Assembly (NCBI GenBank): GCA_038496445.1
Contig: JALMLS010000564.1
Coordinates: 124,001 to 188,000 of the forward strand
DNA from: Trichosphaerium sp. ATCC 40318
Taxonomy: Eukaryota > Protista > Tubulinea
Reading direction: 5' to 3'
Length of the DNA stretch: 64,000 bases
The notes under the pieces were generated by a model. It was given only the letters and a program-made list of their open reading frames with translations, did no database searches and was not told the origin of the DNA. A program made the position numbers and the translations under genes. This document shows, piece by piece, positions 40,268-52,642 of the stretch (positions are counted from its first letter, which is position 1; each line of letters begins with the position of its first letter).

Positions 40268-40991
40268 ATGGAAGATTCGTCCCCTGACCAATCGTATTCG
40301 TCTCCTATACGAACAAAACAAACAGCCAGGTACGTTTTATCTGATAATAAAAGAATACGGTCAGTTTTTTTTTGACACTGATGTCAATTTAGAAAGAGCT
40401 CTGGTGGCCGTGCCCCTCTGAGCCAGAGAAGAAGAGCTGCAAAAAGCTGTACACCACTTCCGAACACAATGCACCAACCGCTAACGCAAGACTGTAGTCA
40501 AAAGAAAAGCCCGAAGGCAATCAGCTGAAACAATGCCTGCCTTCCCTTCGAAATTACAAACGTTTAAAAAAAGGCCAGTGGGTAGACGTAGGTACAAGAA
40601 TGGAGAAAAAGCACTCCTTGAAATATCATACTACCAAAAAAGCACGTGTTATCTCATACCAAAAGCTTCATTTCAGCGTCTGGTACTACATGCTTCAAAT
40701 TTTGTTTTATGAAGAGAATAACTACATGCTTATTTTATGATAAGGTGAGGGATATAATGCGAGGTCATGATGGAGACATACGAATCACAAAGCAAGGTAA
40801 AGCTTTTTTTTTTTTTTGGTCTGTTTTTTCTTAATAGTAAATTAGCAATGGCAGCTCTCCATGAGGCTTCTGAGACGTATTTAGTTGGACACTTAGAAGA
40901 TACAAATCTAGCCGCCATCCACGCAAAGCGTGTGACTATACAACAAAAAGACCAGGTGCTGATCTCTGTACTAAGAGGAGAGAGAACGTGA
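40268..40991 (+). CDS. Histone H3 variant (5 exons)
   Basis: [29 protein letters not shown]...[97 protein letters not shown]. Confidence 0.92.
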
Positions 40992-41076
40992 TAATAATAA
41001 ATTTCAACTCTTGTTTTTTACTTCTTTAAAAAGTGATAACAGAAAAAAATTATTATATGGTAGTAAACGTCAATTA

Positions 41077-43993
41077 TTACATTCTAACACAACCCAGTTC
41101 TATTAGCGTTTCGAGTGTTTCTTTGGATATTTGTCTTTCTTCTATTTTTCTTTTCCTAATTTTTGAATAAGGTTTTTTTGGTTTACTCGTTTGTTACTGT
41201 ACGTTATAATTGGCTCAGTTAAGCGCTCCATTCCAAATCGTTTAAACTCAGATACTACGAAGGAAATGTGAATCTTGCGCTGTTATCTAAATGACTATGT
41301 GTACCTATGAAATCCAGATTCTTCCTCTTCCTTATTGGACCAAAATTACCGTCGTAAACCCATGTTGGAGTACGTTCTGTACGGAGAACGACCTACAAAA
41401 GTCTTATTTATTGACAAAGGTAACAGGACGTACATCCATGTATGAGATATTGTTCTTTAAACCAATCCTTTCGTTCAATGCAGCTCCATTTTCGAGAAGA
41501 AATGTCACTTCTTCATCACGGCTAAGCGATAATATAAGCTTCAGTAGACATGTCGGACAACACGTGCTTGGCATAAACCACAACAAGTAATGGAGTATAT
41601 CCACGTTTATCTCTTGCATTGACGTCAGCACCATGATCAATAAGAAGTTTACCAATGGCAATAGTTTTAAAGTTAAAAAGCGGTAAGGTTTGTCCCTAAG
41701 GTATTTTCAGTTGACCTGTAGATAAAAAGCGGAAGTTTACTCACAATATTTACGTTTGCTCCATTTTCGACTAACAGTCTCACAATATCAAGCTGGTTTG
41801 TCTATCACGTGTTATACAAGTCTATACAAACATGCGAATAGTAAAGCCGTACCTGAAGAGCAAGTGTAAGTGGTGTCTGCCCACGCGAATCTACGTGATC
41901 TATATCGTAGTCAAAGAATTTAAACTAACAAAAGAATAAGCTAATATTAGCAACAAAGATCTCATTTTTAACTGCTGTACCACGTATTTTACCACCTCTA
42001 TACCTCTAGCACGTATACCCATATGCAATATAGAGTCTCCATTCTTGAAGCTTGCCTCTTTAACATCATGTTCAACAGCAAGTTGTGCAACCTTGATTAA
42101 CCTCTGTGGTGTGCAACTATATGCGCTTATTTCTTTTTCAAAAGAATCAAGAATCTTCATACAAACACCAGTCAACATTAACATCCCATTGATCAGTATG
42201 TCCGTACCAGGGCTTTCTTGTCTCTACAAAAGGACAAGATATATCGTGCAAGCTTAAAGTCACCTCTTCTAACAGCTGTATGTACCAGTGAAGGTTTACC
42301 TGGAGCAAGTGATATATCAACACCGTATTGATAAATCAATATTTCAAGTATTTCTGTAGCACGATTTCGAAAGCACAACTCAAGAACTTTATCAATATCA
42401 AACAAAAGCTTATCTTTCGCCTTAAAAAAAGCATGAGAACAAAAAAAAAACCTACAGAGTATTTTGGCTTGTAACTATTTTTCTAGTCAAATGCTCATTC
42501 TTATGCATGGCAAGTGAATTATGGGCTTGTTTAAAAGTACAAAAAGTGTTTGAAAAGTAGATTGTGTTGTTTTTTACGGAATTTACCGGAAATGTTTGAA
42601 CAACTTGTTGATATGAAGTTCAAAAACAATATGTACCCATGATTTACTGTTATTGTCGACATGCAAATATGTATGTATAAGTTCAATGACGTCCCTCTTA
42701 TGTTCATTACTTGGCCCGATAATATACATCTTAGTGAGAGCGGTAAGTATACTTATACTATCATGTAATATTCCTTGATCTCTACCTTAAAAAAAGCAGT
42801 TAAAATCACATTTTCAAAAAAAAAAAAAAGATAAAGGTTGAAGAGAACTTACCATTAGTAACTATATCTCTAAGCATTTCCTTGTAACTATGCGAATACA
42901 TAACTTCTGGTTTAGTGTATACTTTTGATAGAAGTGATAGCTTTGTTTCAAAGTCTCCAATAAAGTCCTCCCTTTCTAGATTGATATACCTATTCCTGTA
43001 CCACCCCTGATCGCCAACAAACAAGGTTTTAAGATTAGAAAAACTGTCCTTTTTAGCGTATACTGTCTTCACAAATGAAATATCCTAAGTCATTTAATCA
43101 ATCAACTCTCACTTAATCGAAAATCAAAGTATTGATAAGTGCGTACCAAAACTTCCAAGTGTGGCACTTGCTTCTTCAATTCACCACAAGATACAGATAA
43201 ACCCATAGAATTACCGATAAACAAGCGTCTCAAGTTTGGTGTGTGACTGATAAGGTTATGGAACCTTGCTGTTGTTTTTGCGAAAATCACAGCTCCATGA
43301 TGGTCTTTTCTAGTCCAGTGTGTATTTGTTAAGTATAATGTATCAAGTTTCTTTCCTTTTGGAAACCAAGGTGTAGCTAAAAGTCGAGACACTCTTCCTG
43401 CATGGAACCACATGTTGCTCATATCCAGGGTGTGTAGGTTTGGTGCAGCTGATAATATGGCTAATGGATCAGTTATAGATGCACCCGATAGTATAAGAGT
43501 GTGCAGACTATGAGACCTAGAGCTAAGTTATGATTTTCGAAAAAGAAAAAAAAGCAAAACAAACGAGAATCAAATGAGAAAGTATGATAACACACCTCGC
43601 TCTACAAACTGATTGAATGGTTTTTTGAGGACTTTGGCGGACAGGAAACCGATGTTTTGTGAAATCTAGCCTGTCCCAGTAGTATCTCAAGCAGAATTCT
43701 CTGAAAACCCTAAAAATTGCTTTATAAGCGTTTACATCCGATTTCAGTCATACCTGCATACGGAAGATACACATAAAAGTGCTTCTACGTGAGATAGCCA
43801 CGTTCGTTGGAAAACCCTGTTGGTAAAGACGTCAGGACGTTAAAATCTATTGCAGCATGCCTATCGAACACTCGAACGAGGATTTCAGGCGGTACATCAA
43901 CGATCTAGTACCAGTGTTGATTAATTGTACCAGTTATATTTATATAACACCTACCAAGGCTCTTTGCGATTCTATTGAACTGGAAACGCTCAT
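41077..43993 (-). CDS. F-box, LRR-like and ankyrin-repeat protein
   Basis: F-box IVDVPPEILVRVF...VSSVCR.FR; LRR-like LHTLILSG, PNLHTLDMS, PNLRRLFIG; ankyrin motifs GDSILHMG, GQTPLTLA...LLVENGANVN, DHGADVNARDKRGYTPL. The join across 42420-42600 uses a small exon and is tentative. Confidence 0.75.
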
Positions 43994-44220
43994 TAGCTTC
44001 TTTACTTCAAATAAAACTGTGCAGGAAACTTAACACGACGCTAAGTCACCTACAGACAAACAAATCGACAGTTGTTTGTCTGAAACCTGCTCTATATTTA
44101 TTTTTTTAGCATTTACAAGATATTGGGCATAGGTGGTTCTTTATATAATTTTTATGAAGTATGAGTTCTGCTCCTAAATTCAAAACACGTGTTACCAAAG
44201 TAAGAAAAAGAAATAAGGTT

Positions 44221-47200
44221 TTAGTGCCTTTGTTCACTGGGTTCAAGCTGTTTAGATATTTTCCAAAATTCCTTCGTATCTGTAACCCATACGGACGCAT
44301 CAAGCTCTTGGATGAATGTACGTACTGCAGGATATCCACCACTTCCAAAATCGTACGAACTTTGTTGGAACTTACGGAGAGTCCCGAGAAGCTCCTTTAA
44401 TAAAGTTAATAAAATTGATATTCGAATATCTGCTTTTAGTCACTTTGTACGTACTTCTGATTGTTGCTTCTTTGATGGTGCTGAACCTTCTGTTAAGTAT
44501 ATCAAATCTCTCAAAAATACGCCCCTTTTTGTAGTAGCGTGAGAACAAGCTGTTCAGGCCTAATGGGTACCTACAAATATGGAACGCAGCATTGTGCTTG
44601 CTCAAGCTCACCGCGATAGTTACTGTAATTCCCAGCATAGTTCATGACGTCATTGAGTTGCTTCATTATCTATAATATCATATTAAATCAAAACAAATAT
44701 AGGCAGGTACTATAAAAAGGCGGATATGTCACATAGAACAACACATTGTTAAAATAATTGTTTACCTTAATGTTACTTTGAGAAACGCCTTCAAAAGTAC
44801 GTTTCAGGCGCGTAATTGGTCCGTCATTTAGGCCAGATAGAACTGCCATTAGAGAGTGATAGTTACCTATGGGTTATTTTTATTAACATGAAAATAAACA
44901 GGTGTCAACATACCAAACTTGTGTAGATGCTGTGCAATTTTTATAAACTTTTTAACCATCTTAGCACGTGTTTTAACCCGTTCGTGATCCAATATTTCTT
45001 TTTCAACCCAATATGTTATTGTATTGAATTTATTGATCATAGCCACCTTTATTTCGCGTAAAGAGTCAGAAAACAAGAGTTTTTCTTAACCAAAAAACAA
45101 GTACCAAATTAGGTGCCTCAGCTTTTCGTTTACTATGTTTATACCATTCCTCATTCTACGCAAAAATTAGTACAATCAGAAATATACATGACACTACCTT
45201 AATAGCAGAGAATAGTTCATGATCTGCCAAGGTAATCTCACGTGCAATAACTTTGGAGCTAATACCAAAAATATTGATGGTAAATTCAGCTTGCAGATCT
45301 TCCTTGATTAAAAGGTTAAATTGAAAGACAATTATTTTCGTCTCTATCTTGGAGTACCTTGGATTTCGTTTTATCGTCATTGACTTCAAGAGTTTGCGAA
45401 GAATTAGTGTTGCTACCATTAGAAGTAGGACTGTCATCCACATTCAATTGATTTCGTTTCTCAGCAAGTCTACAAACGATTACTTATTGAAAATAGTATG
45501 TTTGGGTTGTACCGCATTTGCAGCTTTGCAAGGCGCATGTCATGAGGATCAATACTGATATGCTTGTTTCTTTGCCTTATGTAACATTCTTTTAGTGCTT
45601 TCTTAAATTTTTTATCAACAATGAATCGGATAAACACCTAGACTTGTTAGTAAGAGGTAAAAATACTTAAAAAAAAAATAGCGCACTCTTATCATGTCAT
45701 GAAGATCGTTGTCCATTGACGTGAACTTGGTTATTACAATATTACGTATCTTCTGGCAAATTACAATTTGGAGTGTCATGCGTGTTGTTCCTTGCATTTC
45801 ACGTCCAGTGAGTAGCCAATACCTTGAAAGTGTTAACATTTTTGGATTTCATCTCTTATCATTGACAACGTCACAAGCCCAAAAAAATCGTCGTACGAGT
45901 TAATGAGCCTAACCAGCAACTCTTGTGTACTCATATTTTCTGTAGCAGTAGCGATTTTAACCAATAATTCTCCTCTACCCAAAGCAGCAGCATCTTCGAA
46001 ATAATTTAACAAAAAACAAGGTAACATGTCAAATAATCAAACAACTTAGTGAGTGTTTTCTTACCTATAGAATTATCTGGAACGCTACCAACAAGAACAC
46101 CCATTAGATGGTGGTTATCAATATCCACAATATTAGCTATTTGGGTTTAATAAGAAACATGCTGTATCTAACCAGTGTGGAGAAATATACATTACCTGCA
46201 ACCCACATTCTCTCTTGAATTAAAAGTCGGCGTCGATAGAAAGTAAACCAGAAAGCTCGCCTTATTAATAACATTACAATCCGTTGACAAATAAAAAACA
46301 AAAAAAAATGCGGTTGATTTATCACGTGACAAGAATTGATTTTTGTGGATATAAATAAATAATTAACATACCGTTTATCCAACATGCGATTCCATAGTTT
46401 GGATACCTTAATAGTACTATACAAGTCTTCCAAGCCAAGAAAAAGAAAAGTTCTCAATAAAACACTCTCTAGCTGGTTTATAGGCATACGATCACAAGGC
46501 ATATTCAAAAATCCCGTGCTAGCGCCGTTCACATCTAAAAAAAAAATGAGACTATTTTGAGTTTGTTACTAACTACCTTTGTCGCTTGAAAACGATTCGC
46601 TGTCACTTTCAGAGTAGTCATCTTCTGTCGCTGCTGCTTCAGCGCCTGGTACAGGAAGAGGGCGAGAGTAGCCGGGCTTCTCAGCAATAGGCCGCAAGAC
46701 TGAACCAGCTGGTATATTATGGATCTATCAATGAATGAAAAGGCGTTTGTCGGGTTTAAAATATTTTCTACTGCGAAAGAGCTAAAACTAACGTATCTAC
46801 TTTTTTTCTAATTTACAAACATACTGTTTTCCTGGCGGAACTTGCCTTAAAAGTCGGCCTGCCATTTTTATCTGATACTATTTTCCTTGTATTAATTGTC
46901 CTAGAGTTCCTCTTTGCACGTTCGTTCCTCTCTTCACACACGTGGTAAGTACAGAAAAAAAATAACAAAAATTGGAACAAGTTCAGATAAAATAAACCAA
47001 GATTGACCATCGGGTAGGATATTCACGTACGTTTTGTCTTGCGCAGTATTACACCAGTATCTGAGTTAGCTCTTTTATGACCATGCCCTTTTGTCCTACT
47101 TGGCTTCAACTTATTTGGAGTAAACTGTCTACTATGGCAAAGTGAGCACGAATCTAGTAAAAAAATTCCTTTTAAGGTTCTCACACTGCTGGTTCTGCTA

Positions 47201-48199
47201 TTGTTACAGAAGTTCTGTTGGATGCTTTAGAATCCATGTTTGAAAATTTAGATCTAGGTGGAGCAACAACCATATGAAGTGCAGGAGAATTTCCAACAGA
47301 ACCAGAACGAGTCAAAGGAGCCTTTTTACTAGCATCCTTCGAAGCAGGAAGTAAAATATCTGTCTCCAATTCTTGCAGATAGACCTCTCTAGACGCCAGT
47401 GTACGCTCTAGAGATGATACTTCCGTCTCTGCCATTTTAAGAAGCGTCCTAATACAATCAGTCGATTGCCGAATTTTTTGTCGAAATCAAAAAGGGCAAG
47501 ACAAAAACAAAAACGAGCTCGTTCGTATTTTTCTTCTAGTTTCAGGAAATGCACTTCATTAAAGTTGTGTAGTATTATCATACCGTAAAGACTTTAATTG
47601 TGCAGCTAGCTCTTTATTAACTAATTCACGATACTTTGTCAATCGAGTCACCTACACAAAGACATAAGGAGCTGGGATTACAAAAAAAACGAAAAAGATT
47701 GCCATCAACAACAAAAAAAATTAAATAAATTCTGATTGTTTTTTTGTACGGACTTTTTCGACATCATACGAGTCTGTCGTTCCGCTTGCTAGACTGAGAG
47801 CTCTATCACGTTGTTTTTGCTTCTTTGTTTTACCTATAGTCTACTTTAGCTCTCATACGCCATTTAATAACCTCAATCATCGAATACAGCAAAATACAGC
47901 CAAAAAATCTCAACGGAGCGAAAATGTTTTTGTCACGTGCTTACTTGTTCCGAGCTCCCTTGATTTCTTCTTCTTACCACCCTTTGTATTCAAGTAGTTT
48001 GGAGGAAGGATATTACTGGCGCAAGTTAGCGTAGTTGGTTTGCATTGTTTTTTTTTAAATTTATTGCGTGCATGGCTGAACTATCTGGTAGCGATTCATT
48101 TGTTGTTTGGACTTGTTCGCAGAGTTGTTCCAACTCATCTTTAATGTGCCGTAGAGACGTCTTGAACGGTATGTAGTTACTTATCTTATTGTTGGCCAT
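44221..48199 (-). CDS. RasGEF (CDC25 domain) with an internal F-box-like motif
   Basis: IAREITLADHELFSAI, FNTITYWV, RAKMVKKFIKIA, NYHSLMAVLSGLN..I.RLK.T, NYSNYR, CVPYLGVFLRDL, S..LEP. The upstream VLLRTFLFLGLEDLYSTIKVSKLWNRM is F-box-like. Confidence 0.9.
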
Positions 48200-48510
48200 G
48201 ATTGAGCAGCCCTAGTGGCCTTACACTACGCGTTACGCGGACACATTTTTTTTAAAGCAATGAATCACATCAATGGAAATTCTTCTTGATCACCCGTTCT
48301 CCTTACACAATTGCTGATATCTCGCTTGGTATCAATGAATACGCTCTTTCCTCATGCAACAAGATCAAATCGTCAAAAATAGCTTTATTACACTGCACCA
48401 CAATACTACAAGCCTGTTGCGGTTTGGAACGGCTGTACTTAAAGAACCAGTGGCAATTCGGGTTAAGTTACGTAAATTGCTACTCAGGCACCTGCATTGC
48501 CACAGCAACT

Positions 48511-50466
48511 ATGGTACAACTTCTACTTACGAAAAAAACGTTGAGTATTGTATGTAGAGTAGATCACCTTCGGCAGAGCACGTTGAGCTTGAGCATCTTG
48601 GCGAAGAAAAGCATACACCGCCAAGAGATGAAAGAGAGAACAAGTAAGAAAGATACAATTCAATTTATCATAAATTCTCTGCAGTTCTCCTCAACCGAGA
48701 TCCCCACGGGGCTCACCACGCAAGCCACAATCCCCCACTCAAACGCGTGAAAGTACAGAACGACCAAGCCGTTCGCCTGAACAAGAAAGAGCTCCACGCT
48801 CTCCTACAAATGATTCAATGCCAGAAAACGGCTCTCCGAGGCGTGAGCGTTCAGAAGACCGAAGACGCTCCCCTGAGGACCGCAGAAGCCCTAGAAGGAG
48901 AAGAAGCGAGTCTCCTGACACTAAAAACAAAGGTAATTACCTATTTGATCAAACGTTTTACGCTTACAAAAAAACCAGGGTGTACTTTGTACGTTGCCGG
49001 TATGTCACACCGTACACGCGTAGAAGACCTAGAGAAGCTTATTGCAAAACATGGTAAAGTATTATCCACACACTTGGTACGCCGATCCTGAAAAACCTCG
49101 TACGTTTTTCACTTTGGGCCAACACCGCTTTAGGTCACTGACCCACGCACAAATGAGTCTAGAGGGTTTGCTTTTGTAACAATGGAGACAGTTAGTGCGT
49201 CAAAGGAGGCAATATTCGAGTTACACAAATCAACGCTTGACGGTCGTGTTATTACAGTTGCAGAGGTACAAAAAGATCTATTTTTTTTTTCTTTTCAGTG
49301 CAAACTTGACAAGCCAACAGTTTTTCCTCTTTTTTTGCTTGTTTATCTCCTCTGGGTCTAAACGGTGGAAGGGCATCACACGACACTCTACAATTGCGTT
49401 TATTATACAAATTCAACTCCACGCTTTACAACTTTTCACAACACTTTTACAACTTCTACATCTCCCAATCGGTGTGTCACCTTGCAAGCATCCGTTTATG
49501 GCCATTGTGAGTCGCGCGTAAAGGTCAAGAGTTCCAGAAAACAAAAAAGGCCACCACACCTGTTAGTTGACTGCCAAACGTACTCTCAGAACCCCCAAAC
49601 CTTGAACCGCTCAACACACATGTCCCAAATGTCTTTTCAAATCAAGCATCAAACCCCAACGCCTATCCAACTATTTTACCACCAACTCACTATTCAAATC
49701 AAACACCTTTTGGACAGCCACACAATTGGCCTCTTGAGGCTTACAAAATATACTCACGCAATATCAAAGGCAAATAGAGCAAAACCAAGAAAGTCTACAC
49801 CTGGTAGATATTTAGGACACACAAGAAGACCAGACAGACATTATAGTAGTAGTACGTAGTAATAAGGGGAGAACAATGAGTGGGAAATGATCACATTTAT
49901 TGTTTTACTTTCTTCTACTTTGTAGTTTCTACTTGTAAACTCGCACCAAAACAGAAGCGTATACGCCTCTATTTTGGTCTTTTTTTTTTGTTTGGTATGT
50001 TGACAAAACCCAGGGAGAGAACCATATCGACCAAGAGAAGAGCGCCGCCACTGTATGTGATTTACCATTACCCCTTTCATTTATTCCATACTTACTTTTT
50101 TTTACAGCATCGCGATACGATCCTTATGATCGCAGAGATAGAAGGAGGTCTCCACCTCGCGATTCATACCGCGAACGCGACAGCTATGACAGGTACGCTA
50201 AATCTAAAACTTTTTGAGCTTTTGCTGGCTTACACCTTCAAAGGCGCCGCGAACCACAATATGAGAGGCGCGAACGCGACTATGATCGCCGAGATGCACG
50301 CGATTACGATCGCAGAGAGCCTCGTGACTATGACCGTAGAGAACCACCTCACTACTCAGAGCGGGAAAGAAGATCTCCTCCTCGCTACTCCAGACGCGAT
50401 TCGCCTCCTCCAAGACGGGAGTATGAAAGACGCGAGTATGACAGACGCTCCCCGCGACACTATTGA
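48511..50466 (+). CDS. TRA2: Transformer-2/SR45a-like splicing factor (RS-RRM-RS/RD)
   Basis: ATG-only first coding exon; RSP repeats; RRM TLYVAGM...DPRTNESRGFAFVTM...LDGRVITV; Tra2 linker PRKSTPGRYLG; RD/RE/RS tail. Confidence 0.9.
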
Positions 50467-50799
50467 GTGTAAATATAAACTTACAAACTCGGATTTTCAA
50501 ACCGCACAAAAATAAATACCAAACTTAACGATTTTTAAATTAAGTTGTCTGTTGTGGCTTTTGTTTTTGTTACTATTTCCCTACAGCTCATATTACTCTG
50601 GTACGTTCACAGCAAAAGAGAACAAAATGAATACAGTAGTGTCAGCTAGCGAGTTCTTGATTGTTTCCTGCGCTACCAGTGCCAACTCGATATACTACTT
50701 GCTAGATGCCTATTTGTATTATTTTTAACGCAACAAATGTTGATCTAATTCTGATCGTCAACCATGAACTGTTTTCATTTCTCATCACTGTTTTAGAAC

Positions 50800-52341
50800 A
50801 TGTCGAAACAAGGCGGTATTGTCCTTTACTCCCCAACCTATTTTGCAGCATGTGGTGTTGGTACGTGTAACTTTTGTCGCAAAACTTCTTTTCGTAGCTT
50901 ACGAAGCTGTATAACGCAGTGAGTTCAGCTGTAAGGTTGCCAATTTACTAGTCACAAAGTCTCTTTATTCTTGTCGCCTAACACTCATCAGGCGGTATTT
51001 TATCGTGCGGTCTCACTCACACTGCCGTAACTCCTTTGGATTTGGTAAAATGTAACATGCAAGCCAACCCAGGAAAGTTCAAGAGCACCATGGACGGCTT
51101 TAAAGTCATCTACTCTGGTGGCGAACCAGCTTTGGGCAAAGGGTGCGTACAAACAGCGAAATATTTGATTGTCTCTTAAAACGTATCTAAACCCACTACT
51201 AGATTTACTGCCATCACTCGCGGTTGGTTGCCAACCTTAGTTGGTTACTCAATCCAAGTACGCACGAAAATTAGCATTTTCTCTTTATTTAGCGTTCTTT
51301 GCTTATATGCCTCTTCAGGGACTCGGAAAGTTCGGTTGCTACGAATTGTTCAAGTACAACTACTCTCAAATGATTGGTGAAGATAACGCTTACAAATACC
51401 GTGATCTCCTTTACATCGCTGCTTCAGCTTCTGCTGAATTTGTTGCTGAGTGCGTACCTCGCTTGTTTTTCTACAAAACGGATTAACAGCTAATTTTTTG
51501 CTCTTAGTATCGGTTTGTGCCCATTTGAAGCCGTAAAGGTCCGTGTCCAGACCAACCCAACTTTCGCCACAGGTACCCTTTTAAAAAACTTTCCGAAAAA
51601 TCTCGATTTACTCACGTTTCCCAGGTTTGATGGACGGATTTCCAAAGATGATGAAAGAAGGTGGTATGAGCCTTATGTACGCTGGTATTGTACCATTGTG
51701 GGCTCGTCAAGTGCCATACACTATCATCAAGTTTTTGGCTTTTGAAAGAATCGCCGAAGCTATCTACACGTACGTACTGTAAAGCGATCGTTTATGGATA
51801 TAAAATGGTTTTATCATTTGGAACAACAAATGTTTAATTTTTGTGTTAGCATGCTTCCAAAACCAAAAGAAGAAATGTCCAAACTCGAAAACATGGGTGT
51901 TATTTTCGCTTCCGGTTACGCTGCCGGTATTATCTGCGGTGCTGTATCTCATCCTGCTGATACTCTTGTATCCAAGGTACGTTTACAAATCCACAACAAA
52001 TCCCGCTATATTGTTTATTTACTGATGCTTTCATTTTTAGATCAACAAATTGAAGGAACCTGGTTCTTTCATGACCAAATCAAGCAAGATCTATGCTGAT
52101 ATTGGTTTCAATGGTTTGTGGGCTGGATTCTGGCCTCGTGTCATTATGATCGGTACCCTCACTGGACTCCAATGGTGCGTACTTTTTCTTTTTACGGGGC
52201 AATCTCCATTTCATTTTTTTTTCTTCTTTTTTTGTTTGTTTGTGTGGCTGTGGTACTGACTGTATTTTTTCTAGGTTCATCTACGGTGCTTTCAAACAAG
52301 CTTGCGGTCTACCAACTCCAGGCGCTGCCAAGAAAAAGTAA
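50800..52341 (+). CDS. SLC25A3: Mitochondrial phosphate carrier (SLC25A3/PIC2 family)
   Basis: [102 protein letters not shown]. Confidence 0.97.
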
Positions 52342-52642
52342 AAACTTTTTCCATTAATTTCTTTGGATGGATTAAAGAAAAGTTGTCACTAGAAACAACA
52401 AGTATTTGTGCTTCTTTTATTTTTTCTCGTTATATTGAAGCCGTCATGACATCTTGGGGAGTCAACAATAAAATGGTATTTTTCGTTAAAACTCGTCGCA
52501 CGTTTGACCTACGGTTTTGTTATGCATGTACCTGTGATTGTACTGCATGTTGGTGTTGGTTAGGCGTCAAATTGTAGTAGTTTGTGGTTCAACAAATACG
52601 TTAAAACTTAACACAGAAATTTTTTGGTTTGTACGTGACAGG

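Noticed and set aside
40268-40991. Calling the H3 variant CENP-A/CenH3
   Set aside because: It retains Q68, T107, canonical loop 1 length and an intact RTKQTARKS, so it is left as an unassigned variant.
48286-48750. 154-aa ORF from the ORF track
   Set aside because: It has a TTG start and overlaps the Tra2 leader, first introns and exons in another frame, with no protein-like signal.
49365-49859. Independent 164-aa gene
   Set aside because: It is the stop-poor part of the Tra2 long intron running into the next exon; covered under the splicing finding.
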